Shown here in pieces: positions 39,996-49,543 of a stretch of 64,000 bases of DNA. The notes beneath the pieces are model-generated. The model made no database searches. It was given only the letters and a program-made list of their open reading frames with translations, and was not told the DNA's origin. Position 1 is the stretch's first letter; the number at the start of each line of letters is the position of its first letter. Made by a program: the position numbers and the translations under genes. Origin of the DNA: Candidatus Daviesbacteria bacterium (GTDB lineage Bacteria > Patescibacteriota > Microgenomatia > Daviesbacterales > UBA10151); contig JAKFWZ010000080.1 in NCBI GenBank assembly GCA_021731695.1, positions 34,021 to 98,020 on the forward strand, written 5' to 3'.

Positions 39996-40787
39996 TTACT
40001 CACCCACAATAAACACTAAATCCAAGTCTCCTATATTAAAAACTGGCTTAACCTTTGCCTGCTTGAATGCCTCCTCGTCTTTTTCAATAATTTCTGTCAC
40101 CTGACCTAAAACTAAACCTCTCGGGATTTCAATTTCCTGACCTTCTGAATAAACTAAATTATTTACCTCAATCGGCTCTTCGTGCAAAATTTTATCGAGT
40201 AACATTTCAGAACCAAACTGTCCGACTAGTAGTCCCTTTGCTCTGCCTGCATCAGATTGAGAAAAGGCAGTTAGCCTGGAGTCGGGGTCTGATGCTAAAA
40301 CTACTTTTGATCTTTTTGGATCAACCTCGAACACTTTTCCAATATAGCTATCTTTAAAAACAACAGCCTGATTAACTTTTATTCCATCATCGCTGCCTTT
40401 ATCTATAAGAAGAAATCTTGAAAATCCAATCGGCCGTGCCGGAATTAAATTAAAAACCTCATCACTCAAAGCTTTGTCCTGATCCAAAAACGCTTGTGTT
40501 TCGGCAAGTTTTTTTCTTAAACTCGCATTTTCAGAAAGCACCAGCGCAAGCTGTTCGCTCAATGCTTTATTTTCCTGACTCGCTTTTCTGGCGTTAACAA
40601 TATATCCAAACTGACCGGAAACATTTAAATAGCTCCTAAAAAGACCATATTGAATCGGAACTGTGACATTTTGGACCAAAGATTTTGGCAGATTCAGGAA
40701 TTTAAAACTGTCTAAAAAAATCAACACAACTGCGATAAAAAGCAACAATCCATATACTTTTATATCTTCAAGGATTAGCTTCACCAT
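39996..40787 (-). CDS. mreC: rod shape-determining protein MreC
   Basis: N-terminal TM, coiled coil, beta-barrel domain; start moved to internal ATG (MVKLILED) to avoid overlapping pyrF. Confidence 0.8.
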   Translation of the reverse strand: MVKLILEDIKVYGLLLFIAVVLIFLDSFKFLNLPKSLVQNVTVPIQYGLFRSYLNVSGQFGYIVNARKASQENKALSEQLALVLSENASLRKKLAETQAFLDQDKALSDEVFNLIPARPIGFSRFLLIDKGSDDGIKVNQAVVFKDSYIGKVFEVDPKRSKVVLASDPDSRLTAFSQSDAGRAKGLLVGQFGSEMLLDKILHEEPIEVNNLVYSEGQEIEIPRGLVLGQVTEIIEKDEEAFKQAKVKPVFNIGDLDLVFIVGE

Positions 40788-40833
40788 TAGGTTGTTAATG
40801 TAGCATAAATATGGTACTCTTTGACAGGACAAA

Positions 40834-41664
40834 ATGGCCGATTCATTCATAGAAAAGCTAAAACAAAAATGGAATGAAGACCGTTTTATTTGTATCGGCT
40901 TAGATTCAGATTTCTCCAAAATCCCTCAAAGTTTCAAAGATCAAAGTTCAGATTCAGAAGTTCCAATCGAAGGAGCCATTTATGAGTTCAATAAATCAAT
41001 CATTGATTCAACTCATGACCTAGTCTGCGCCTATAAAATCAACAGTGCATTTTATGAAGCAGATGCTCAAACCTGGGAAGCAATGCTAAATACCTTTTAT
41101 TACATCCAAAGAACATATCCTGAAATTCCGGTTATCTTAGATGCAAAACGCGGAGATATCGGAAATACGAATCAGGGTTACGTAAAAATGGCTTTTGAAA
41201 CTATAAAAGCTGATGCAATTACAATTCACCCATATTTAGGACAGGAAGCAAATCAGCCGTTTTTAGATCAAAAAGACAAAGGCATAATTGTTTTAGTTAG
41301 AACTTCGAATGAAGGCGCAGGAGAATTTCAGGACCTTCCAGTTAGTGGTCGCCCGCTTTATGAGATAGTTGCAGAAAATGTTGCAACGAAGTGGAATACA
41401 AACGGAAACTGCGCAGTTGTTGTTGGAGCAACTTATCCGGAAGAGTTAAAGAAAGTTAGGGAAATTGTCGGAGATATGCCTATTTTAGTGCCTGGAATTG
41501 GAGCCCAAGGCGGAGATTTAGAAGGAGTTTTAGCAAATGGACTTAATAAAGAAAAGCAGGGATTGATAATAAGTTCCTCAAGGGCAATAATCTACGCAGA
41601 TGATCCGAGAATGGCTGCGCAGGATTTGGACCAGAAAATTTCGTCATTCCACCGGACCAAGTGA
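40834..41664 (+). CDS. pyrF: orotidine 5'-phosphate decarboxylase (type 2)
   Basis: long-form OMPdecase motifs (ICIGLD, DAKRGDIGNT). Confidence 0.85.
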   Translation: MADSFIEKLKQKWNEDRFICIGLDSDFSKIPQSFKDQSSDSEVPIEGAIYEFNKSIIDSTHDLVCAYKINSAFYEADAQTWEAMLNTFYYIQRTYPEIPVILDAKRGDIGNTNQGYVKMAFETIKADAITIHPYLGQEANQPFLDQKDKGIIVLVRTSNEGAGEFQDLPVSGRPLYEIVAENVATKWNTNGNCAVVVGATYPEELKKVREIVGDMPILVPGIGAQGGDLEGVLANGLNKEKQGLIISSSRAIIYADDPRMAAQDLDQKISSFHRTK

Positions 41665-41772
41665 AACTTGGGAGGTCGCTTGCAAAAAATGTCTAAACGA
41701 CAATTTTTGACAAGGGGGCGAAGTCTGGAATCCAGGCAAATCACACTGGATCCCAAATCAAGTTTGGGATGA
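41643..41772. repeat. Family-1 palindromic element between pyrF and pyrE
   Basis: gtcattccaccggaccaagtgaaacttgggaggtcgcttgc ... ggaatccagg ... ctggatcccaaatcaagtttgggatgac. Confidence 0.8.
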
Positions 41773-41783
41773 CAGGAGAAAAT

Positions 41784-42434
41784 ATGAACACAGAAACATC
41801 TAAACAAGTTGCAAAAATATTACTTGAACTTAAAGCTATAACGCTTAAGCCAAACGAGCCTTTTAAATATGCTTCAGGAATTTTATCGCCTGTTTATACA
41901 GACTGCAGAGTGATTATTGCCTATCCTGAAAAAAGAAAAGAAATCAGGGATTTATATATAGAAGCTATTGAGGAATCAGGTGTTGAATTTGATATCGTCG
42001 CAGGAACTGCCACTGCCGGAATTCCTCATGCCGCCTGGATTGCAGATAAATTAGAGTTGCCGATGATTTATGTTCGGGGCAAAGCGAAAGATCACGGTAA
42101 AGGAAATACTGTCGAAGGAATAATCGAAGAAGGGCAATCAGCAGTAGTTATTGAGGATTTAGTTTCAACCGGAGAAAGTTCGATCAATAGTGTTAAAGCA
42201 ATCGAAGAAGCCGGCGGAAAAGTCTCGCACGTTTTTTCAATCATTCAATATGGTTTAGATAAAGGAAAAAATAATTTTAGCGAGAATAATATAGAACTTA
42301 TATCGCTGACAGATTTCAAAACAGTTGTCGAAGAAGCGCAAAAAATGGGTTATATAAATGAAGAGGAAATTGAAGTGGTTATGGATTGGATCGCGGATCC
42401 CGAAGGCTGGGGCAAAAAACACGGGTTTGAATAG
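41784..42434 (+). CDS. pyrE: orotate phosphoribosyltransferase
   Basis: PRPP-binding motif VVIEDLVSTGESS; AGGAG SD upstream. Confidence 0.88.
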   Translation: MNTETSKQVAKILLELKAITLKPNEPFKYASGILSPVYTDCRVIIAYPEKRKEIRDLYIEAIEESGVEFDIVAGTATAGIPHAAWIADKLELPMIYVRGKAKDHGKGNTVEGIIEEGQSAVVIEDLVSTGESSINSVKAIEEAGGKVSHVFSIIQYGLDKGKNNFSENNIELISLTDFKTVVEEAQKMGYINEEEIEVVMDWIADPEGWGKKHGFE

Positions 42435-42483
42435 ATTTAATGAAGCGAGCTATGAAAGCAGCTCTCTTTTAGTAGGCGAGTCC

Positions 42484-42700
42484 TGAACGCAGCGCCGTTT
42501 GAGTTTAAAGTTTTTGTCTAAGAACAAAGCGCGTTTAGAATTTTTGAGTGAGTTGTCAGGGGATTTCGGTTTTTTGTGATTAGCAAAAAAGCCGAAGGGG
42601 CAGCCTCCCCGACTAACGAACAAAAAAATTTAGCGCGACTTCTCGACAAAAAGAGTTTTGCTACTTTTGCGGTCAAAAGTAGAAGAAAGAAAAGAAAAAA
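42484..42700 (+). repeat. Family-2 repeat element, copy E
   Basis: tagaatttttgagtgagttgtcagggga ... gctacttttg-cggt-caaaagtag; Family-1 module 42701-42739 follows. Confidence 0.8.
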
Positions 42701-42747
42701 ATCGAGATTGCCACGTCGCCTTTGGCTCCTCGCAATGACAAACATTT

Positions 42748-43959
42748 ATGACTAACATTATTAAACTTCCTGGACTAATCGATACTCACGTCCATTTACG
42801 CGAACCCGGTCTTACGCATAAAGAAGACTTTGAGTCAGGCACAAAAGCTGCAATTGCAGGCGGATACACAGTTGTTTTAGATATGCCCAACAACCCAAAC
42901 CCAATTACCAATCCCGAAGCTTTAGCTGAGAAAATAAAATTAGCTGAGGGCGTCATTGCGATATCACGCAATGAAGAAGCAATCCCAGCAAGCTCTGAGA
43001 TTGCCGCGTCGCCACGTTCAGTTAACATGAATGTGGCTCCTCGCAATGACGATACAAATACCCTCGCCCTCAAGGGAGAGGGCCAGGGTGAGGGGTATTC
43101 CAGAATCTACTGTGACTTAGGTTTTCATTTCGGCGCCTCAGAAGAAGCAATTAAATATTTCGGGGATGTTCAGGAAAAAGTCTTTGGTTTAAAGGTTTAT
43201 ATGAACCACACAACCGGTGAACTATTGATAGAAGACAAAAAATTACTTAATGAGATATTTGAAGCCTGGCCCAAAGATAAAGTATTAATGGTTCATGCAG
43301 AAACAGAAACTTTAGCTATGGCTATAGAACTGGCGAAAAAACATGGCAACACTCTTCACGTTTGCCACGTTGCGAGGAAAATTGAACTGGAATTAATTAA
43401 GCAGGCAAAATCAGAAGGGCTTCCAATCACTTGCGAAGTTTCTCTTCATCATCTTTATTTAACCCACGAAGATGAGGAAAGACTCAGGCATTTCGGAATG
43501 ATGCGCCCACCCTTAGCCTCGCCTGAAGATGTGCAATATCTTTGGGATAATATTGATTCAATCGATACGATAGCTTCGGATCACGCACCTCACACAAAGG
43601 AAGAAAAGGAAAGCGAGAAAGTTGTAAATGGTGTGCCAGGATTAGAAACCAGTCTTCCTCTATTACTTAACGCGATTAATGATGAAAGATTAACGATTAA
43701 TGATTTAATCAGACTAACTTCTGAAAATCCCAGAAAGATATTTAATATCCCTAAACAGCAGGATACATATGTAGAGGTTGATCTCGACGCAGAATGGACA
43801 ATTTCTAATGACGGATTATTTACAAAAGCGGGCTGGACACCTTTCGCAGGAATGAAAATAAAAGGAAAAATCCTAAAAACAGTTTTAAGAGGAGAGACAG
43901 TTTTTGAGAATGGTGAAATTAAAAATGCTCCTTCAGGAAAAGTTATTTTCCCAAAATGA
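42748..43959 (+). CDS. pyrC: dihydroorotase with in-frame element insertion
   Basis: metal ligands DTHVHLREPG, amidohydrolase fold; insert 42952-43100 encodes GVIAISRNEEAIPASSEIAAS ... APRND ... LALKGEGQGEG. Confidence 0.85.
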   Translation: MTNIIKLPGLIDTHVHLREPGLTHKEDFESGTKAAIAGGYTVVLDMPNNPNPITNPEALAEKIKLAEGVIAISRNEEAIPASSEIAASPRSVNMNVAPRNDDTNTLALKGEGQGEGYSRIYCDLGFHFGASEEAIKYFGDVQEKVFGLKVYMNHTTGELLIEDKKLLNEIFEAWPKDKVLMVHAETETLAMAIELAKKHGNTLHVCHVARKIELELIKQAKSEGLPITCEVSLHHLYLTHEDEERLRHFGMMRPPLASPEDVQYLWDNIDSIDTIASDHAPHTKEEKESEKVVNGVPGLETSLPLLLNAINDERLTINDLIRLTSENPRKIFNIPKQQDTYVEVDLDAEWTISNDGLFTKAGWTPFAGMKIKGKILKTVLRGETVFENGEIKNAPSGKVIFPK

Positions 43960-44111
43960 AAACAAGCACAGAAGATATAACAGATAAAATAGTTGATAAA
44001 CTTAACCGAATACTTACCGAGCTCAGGGAAGCCCGCCTGGAGATGGCAGAATCGAACAGGAAGTATCAGGAATCTAAAAGATTGAGAGATTACGACAAAC
44101 TCAATATTTAA
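43956..44111 (+). CDS. small coiled-coil ORF (51 aa), ATGA overlap with pyrC stop
   Basis: overlapping start/stop; charged helical sequence; not in ORF track (under 60 aa). Confidence 0.2.
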   Translation: MKTSTEDITDKIVDKLNRILTELREARLEMAESNRKYQESKRLRDYDKLNI

Positions 44112-44160
44112 CGGGCAAAGTAATTTATCCTAAATCTTAAATCAATAAATTTATCTAATT

Positions 44161-44724
44161 TTACTTGGGTGGTTGTTTTGCAAAAGAAGCTTTCGCTAAT
44201 TCTCTACCTAATACTACTCCTTGGTTAAAAAAGTTCTTATACACTCCGATTGGAAACAATCTGGTTGATGCTTTACCTACTAAGGATTTAAGCACTGGCA
44301 AAGTATCCGGAAGTCTTGGGATATTAAGAGCAAGAGACAGCGAATCGGCATCACCAGACACACGAGTTTCTGTTAAACCTGAATTTTCAAAGATTAAACT
44401 AAAATCTTGCTCTGCTAATGCGCCTGTTCCAGAAACAACATCCCGGTCGTGCTCCCTATCATACACCTCAAGCACTAAAGCTGCCCCCTCAAGTAACGGT
44501 TGCTTATAAGCTTTCACCTTATTAGTATAACTGTCAATTCTATCATTAAGTGCTCGAGCTAAAACAGGGTTGGCTTCAACTAAACTGATCATTACCTGGT
44601 TAGTTAGTTCTGTGCTGGCGTGGTGCGGGTTTTTTGAAGCTTCAGCAGATGCGTTAATTCCCATTATCACTGATCGGGTACCATCATTCACATCAATATT
44701 TAGCTCACTTGTCAGTTGCCGCAA
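44161..44724 (-). CDS. hypothetical protein (187 aa)
   Basis: complete ORF, no family recognised. Confidence 0.4.
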   Translation of the reverse strand: MRQLTSELNIDVNDGTRSVIMGINASAEASKNPHHASTELTNQVMISLVEANPVLARALNDRIDSYTNKVKAYKQPLLEGAALVLEVYDREHDRDVVSGTGALAEQDFSLIFENSGLTETRVSGDADSLSLALNIPRLPDTLPVLKSLVGKASTRLFPIGVYKNFFNQGVVLGRELAKASFAKQPPK

Positions 44725-44812
44725 AGATTCCTCACTGATATCTCCTAGAGATGGGGGGGAGTAGGTTCACCTTCTGGACTTCCAAACATGATTTAATTAT
44801 CTAGAAAAACCT

Positions 44813-45883
44813 TCATCCTGTCAATCCTTCTTTTATTTCTTTCACTAAATCTGGATTCCACATTGCGCCTGTTGCAGACATTACCACATCCGCTCCTGCA
44901 TCCCTATATTCTTTATAATCTTCAGGCGTCATTACTCCGCCTACACCCGTTATCGAAAACTTATAACCCTTTTTATCTCTAATCTTTTTCATCCTTTTTA
45001 CAAAATCAATTCCCGCCCATTTTATCCCCGCTCCGCAAATTCCGCTTCTTAATCTGTTTTCCCCAGGCAAAGCCTGCAGACCCTGAGCATCAACCACAGT
45101 TGCCTGCAGAGTATTAATCCCTGCTATATCATCAACAACTGCGTTTGCAATCGAGGCTAATCGCTCCATGTCCTTATCGTCTTGATAGTAACCAACCTTG
45201 ATAATAAAGGGAGTGTCGCCAATAACCTCACGGATTCCTTTAATAATCTTTTCTGTTACTTCAAGGTTATAGCAAACCAATCCTTCATTCCCGATATTTG
45301 GGCATGAAAGGTTGGCTTCAAGAACTTTTGCACCAGTTTCTTTGGCAAGCTTCCCGGCCAATATAAAATCTTTTATAAATTCCTCCTGAGTCTGACCCTT
45401 CCAAACGGTACCCATAAAAGATAAAACCATAACCTGTCCCTTTCCTGCATAAGACATCGCCTTTTTTACATCAGTCTGCCAGACATCAGGGATTTTCGAA
45501 GGCACTCCGAAGGAATTGGTAATTGATAAAGGTTCTTTATAATCGCTAGATGCAGTCAATGGACTTTGGAGTTTTTCAGGCGTTAAATCACCCTCAACTT
45601 CTACAGCTAAAACATTCGGGAAAGGATGCGAAGGATAGGAATTTGCCCTGACTGTTTTATAAACCACAATATCAAACCCCGCCTTAAACGCGGCTTCACA
45701 ATATTTTGAATTTAAAAGGGGACCTGCAGGAATACCGAAAGGCGCGTAAACTTTCTGGCCTAGAAAATCGATTTCAGGCTCGCCTGTTTGTTCAAATTTT
45801 TCTTTACCAAGTTCCCCGGACGGACCTTTTTCATAATTTTCCTCGTAGCTTAGCAGCGGATCGTAAAATGGAGTCTTGAGCAC
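44813..45883 (-). CDS. pyrD: dihydroorotate dehydrogenase (class 1 catalytic subunit)
   Basis: EANLSCPN motif, FMN-binding GGV ... G motif, TIM-barrel length. Confidence 0.85.
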   Translation of the reverse strand: MLKTPFYDPLLSYEENYEKGPSGELGKEKFEQTGEPEIDFLGQKVYAPFGIPAGPLLNSKYCEAAFKAGFDIVVYKTVRANSYPSHPFPNVLAVEVEGDLTPEKLQSPLTASSDYKEPLSITNSFGVPSKIPDVWQTDVKKAMSYAGKGQVMVLSFMGTVWKGQTQEEFIKDFILAGKLAKETGAKVLEANLSCPNIGNEGLVCYNLEVTEKIIKGIREVIGDTPFIIKVGYYQDDKDMERLASIANAVVDDIAGINTLQATVVDAQGLQALPGENRLRSGICGAGIKWAGIDFVKRMKKIRDKKGYKFSITGVGGVMTPEDYKEYRDAGADVVMSATGAMWNPDLVKEIKEGLTG

Positions 45884-45928
45884 GACGTAATGATAGCAAA
45901 ACAGGTTCTAAGAAACAATTTGGGTATC

Positions 45929-46327
45929 TTACCTAGGCAATCCACTACGGTATCTTTCGGGTTTTAACAAAGCATTTCTAAAGTTCCCGGGTAGTGATAC
46001 ATAAGGCACTTTCCATGGTGTTACTCTATTATAATTAATAATTACACCCGTACTCATTTCACCCTGCGGTTCTCCGTATCCTATTACAACTTCTTCTTCC
46101 CTAAACTCAGCAGCAGCTCCGGCAAGGGATTTCATTTCTCCAGATTCTAAATTCACGGTAAAATCCGAACCTCTTTTAGAACTGCTCCATACAATTACAA
46201 ATCTTGGATACCTTACTATCTCTAGCCCTTCTTTATGAATGGGTGGTTCGTGATTTGTGGAGTAAGCAATCTGCAGTGGATTGACCTCACTCCAGGGCAA
46301 CACCTTACGTCTTTCAATACCAAACAT
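45929..46327 (-). CDS. hypothetical protein (132 aa)
   Basis: complete ORF, no family recognised. Confidence 0.35.
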   Translation of the reverse strand: MFGIERRKVLPWSEVNPLQIAYSTNHEPPIHKEGLEIVRYPRFVIVWSSSKRGSDFTVNLESGEMKSLAGAAAEFREEEVVIGYGEPQGEMSTGVIINYNRVTPWKVPYVSLPGNFRNALLKPERYRSGLPR

Positions 46328-46471
46328 ATGTAAATTCTAATCCTCTTTATTTTTTAAATCAAATTTCATAGCTTCTCTTCGTTAAATTAATCCCTACACC
46401 TATGTTTCAATAATCAAACGATCGTCTGTTTTTTGAAACGTTAATGTAGTTAAAACGAATACATACCTTCG

Positions 46472-47104
46472 CTACAAATCTACCTCACCAGATTCAATCA
46501 CCATCACCCAATCTTTTATTCCCAACTGCTTAATGTATTTTCTTAGCGGATCTTTACAATCCCTCTTTGATGCCCAAAGACTTTTCTGCCAAGGTACGAA
46601 CCCCCATTCCCTAAGTCTAAATCTAAGTAAATTCCTGGCTTCTTTCCTTTTTTCCGGAATATCAAACGAAACCAAAGTCCACTTGCCATTCCACTCTTTA
46701 TCGTCTACTTCTTTTAGTTTTGCCCAAATCGCCTTGTCTAAACCTGTATCGCTTAACTTTAATGAAGCACCACGGGCTTACGCCCGTGGTTTCTTCTAGC
46801 TTCAAGCGGCTAAGGTCGCTTGTCCTCACACTACGTGTTCGGAAAATCTTCATCCGCGAGCTAATGCTCGTGGTTTTAAGATTTGTCGCTATAAAAGCTT
46901 TTCTTCGTCAATAAAATCAACTAAACCTTTTTCCCTTAGCCTCTTCAGCGCCTGAGCAAGGAGGGGTTTCTTAATCATTTTGGGATAACCATACAAATAC
47001 TTGTGTGGATGATTGATAAAATCTTCAAATTTTACATAGCCGTCAACAGATTTCTCAAGTGCCAATAAGATTGTATTCGTTAAAGGTTTTTTTGTTCCGC
47101 CCAT
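46472..47104 (-). pseudogene. wHTH plus Cas2-like gene split by insertion of the 135-bp element (paralog of 59025-59570)
   Basis: N-terminal piece 46889-47104 (LLAQALKRLREKGLV) and C-terminal piece 46472-46777 (KWTLVSFDIPEKRKEARNLL ... WQKSLW) are in the same frame; the element introduces TAG/TGA/TAA stops. Confidence 0.6.
46761..46895 (+). repeat. 135-bp structured element, copy 2 (100% identical to 4660-4794)
   Basis: exact identity over 135 bp; length is 45 codons. Confidence 0.9.
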
Positions 47105-47204
47105 ATTTCATTTATACAGCGATCGTTGGAATTTTGAAACAAAGTTCATCCAGGACCCACATCCGTGGTTTTTCGTATGAATTTGAAAGAGTAATTTTAA
47201 AAAC

Positions 47205-47241
47205 CCCCGCGTAAGTTTTATCTCACGCGGGGATATTTTTT
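47205..47241. terminator. bidirectional rho-independent terminator
   Basis: ccccgcgt-aagttttatctc-acgcgggg followed by TTTTTT on the plus strand and TTTTT on the minus strand. Confidence 0.6.
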
Positions 47242-47372
47242 CCGCAAGCCAAATACAAATAGCCTTTGGTTTAATTTTTTGGAGGGAACAAGGAAACTGC
47301 TGCAGATTAAAGGATCGCTTTAAAAAGTTGTTGCAACAAATTACAACAGCTCCGTCCTCACGCTTCCACTAT

Positions 47373-47687
47373 CTAGCGCTTCGGACTAATTCTTCCTCCA
47401 TCTACACTTCTCCCTCGCGGAGCTCCATCATTAACTGATATCTTAGAAGCCCTGCTACTGCCTTCACCAACAGCTGCCAGCAACCTACTTCTATCAATCA
47501 CAACTCCGTCCGGACCCACTACGCCTGAGAATCTTGGTTTTTGTACCATTCTCAACTCATTTGTAACTGATTGAGCTTCCATCTGAACCGGCCCTTCATT
47601 ATTACTGACTCCGGTATAATCTTCCTGGGTCACTACTTCCGGTACAAGTTCAAAACCTTCTTTTCTGTCTATTGCCATTTTTATCAC
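47373..47687 (-). CDS. hypothetical protein (104 aa)
   Basis: complete ORF followed by a terminator hairpin. Confidence 0.4.
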   Translation of the reverse strand: MIKMAIDRKEGFELVPEVVTQEDYTGVSNNEGPVQMEAQSVTNELRMVQKPRFSGVVGPDGVVIDRSRLLAAVGEGSSRASKISVNDGAPRGRSVDGGRISPKR

Positions 47688-47788
47688 CTCCTTTCTTTAC
47701 TGGTTTCAAAATATCACATCAATTTAATCAATTTCAACACCCCCCATTTGACTCTATAGTTTAAAAGTAATAAAATTATAGGCCTAAA

Positions 47789-48436
47789 ATGAATATTGAC
47801 GCAGAAAGAAGCCGGATGATAGCTCAAATATTGGTAAGGCCTGATCCCGGTAATCCACGGGTAACCGCTATCAGTTACCCAAGCAAAGGTCCAGGAGATT
47901 TATTCCCTATTCAGCCTAGATTTAAAGTTCTTGATAGTTACCCGAAGGCAAAGGAAACGATAGTTGACGCATTATTACAAGAAACTACAACTGCACCTAG
48001 CCCGACACTTCTGGTAGCTACAAGACCGTTTGGGGAAAGATTTGCTCTCGATCTGGCCAGGATTCGACAGATGCCTGAAGTTGGCTATGACACTACGGAA
48101 GAAAGATTTCACGATGCAGATATTTTATATGATATGCCGAACAGTAAAGCTGTTGTTGTCGTTGATAGTCTGGGAGGCGGCGGATCGGCAAAAACTATTA
48201 TCAGTCGTCTTGAGGCAGATTACGGCATCAAAACTCCCCTTTTGCTTTGTGTAATGATCAGTGCAATGTCCAAAAGTATGAAAGAGATAGAAGCAATGGG
48301 GACAGAAGTCAGGCCGCTGACCACCGATGAGGAGATTATGCGAAATCTTGATTTTCTTGCTTACGGAAATAACAAAGCGAGAGTCGGGAAAAGAAGGCGA
48401 TACCTTCATGCACACGCAGGTCAACTACCTGGTTAA
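47789..48436 (+). CDS. hypothetical protein, phosphoribosyltransferase-like
   Basis: PRTase-type motif VVVVDSLGGGGSAKTI; assignment weak. Confidence 0.4.
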   Translation: MNIDAERSRMIAQILVRPDPGNPRVTAISYPSKGPGDLFPIQPRFKVLDSYPKAKETIVDALLQETTTAPSPTLLVATRPFGERFALDLARIRQMPEVGYDTTEERFHDADILYDMPNSKAVVVVDSLGGGGSAKTIISRLEADYGIKTPLLLCVMISAMSKSMKEIEAMGTEVRPLTTDEEIMRNLDFLAYGNNKARVGKRRRYLHAHAGQLPG

Positions 48437-49474
48437 TCCCCCCGTAACCCTAACCTTTGCCAATAAATCCAAATCATCTAATAACTTGTAGCAGCCTCTT
48501 ACCACCGTTGTTAATGGATCGTCCGCGACCCAAACCGGAATTTTCGTTTCTTCAGAAATTCTTTTATCAAGCCCGCGGATTAACGCACCTCCGCCGGTAA
48601 TAATAATTCCACGCTCCAAAATATCCGCCAAAAGCTCCGGAGGCGTTTCCTCTAAAACTTCCTGTATTGCGTTGATTATTTGCGCGATTGTCGAAGACAA
48701 CGCTTCCCTTATTTCAACTGAAGTAACTCTAATTGATTTTGGCAAACCTGTAGCTAACTCCCGCCCTCTAACAACCGCTTCTTTTTCTTTAACTAGTTGG
48801 GTCGCTGATCCAAGTTCAATTTTTAAATCCTCTGCAGTTCTCTCACCAATCAACATTCCATATCTCATTCTCATATACGAAATTATGTCTTCGTCGAGTT
48901 CATCGCCTGCAATCCTCAGACTTCGATTTAAAACCATTCCTCCTAAAGAAATAACTGCAATTTCAGTCGTCCCTCCACCAATATCAACAACCATATTCCC
49001 TTCGGGCTCTTCAATATTCATATTAGAACCTATCGCATCAGCCATCGGCTCTTCAATTAAATAAGCTTCGCGCGCGCCTGCAGACATTGCCGCATCCTGA
49101 ACTGCTCTTCGTTCCACTTCTGTGACACCTGAAGGGATTCCAATGACCACACGGGGACGCGGAATTTTGGGAAAACGACTGGGAAGTTGGTGAACTTTTT
49201 GGATAAAATGACGGAGCATTGCTTCTGTAGTATCAAAATCCGATATAACACCATCGCGTAAAGGACGGATTGCCTCAATAATTTGTGGTGTTCTGCCGAT
49301 CATCCTTTTAGCTTCAGTACCGATTGCGAGGACTTGTTTTGTTTTTTTGTGAATTGCTACAACTGAGGGTTCACGGATTAATATTCCCTTACCCCGGACA
49401 GCAACAAGAGTATTAACAGTTCCCAAATCGATACCAATATCATGAGAAATAAGTTGCCAGAGGCGGCTTAGCAT
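48425..49474 (-). CDS. mreB: rod shape-determining protein MreB
   Basis: actin-fold phosphate loops (IGIDLGTVNTLV, DIGGGTTE). Confidence 0.92.
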   Translation of the reverse strand: MLSRLWQLISHDIGIDLGTVNTLVAVRGKGILIREPSVVAIHKKTKQVLAIGTEAKRMIGRTPQIIEAIRPLRDGVISDFDTTEAMLRHFIQKVHQLPSRFPKIPRPRVVIGIPSGVTEVERRAVQDAAMSAGAREAYLIEEPMADAIGSNMNIEEPEGNMVVDIGGGTTEIAVISLGGMVLNRSLRIAGDELDEDIISYMRMRYGMLIGERTAEDLKIELGSATQLVKEKEAVVRGRELATGLPKSIRVTSVEIREALSSTIAQIINAIQEVLEETPPELLADILERGIIITGGGALIRGLDKRISEETKIPVWVADDPLTTVVRGCYKLLDDLDLLAKVRVTGGLTR

Positions 49475-49543
49475 AATGGGTTTGAGTTTAAGGTTTCCCG
49501 GCTAAAAAGGCAAGGATGCCAGAATACTCAAGTTGAATTTAAA

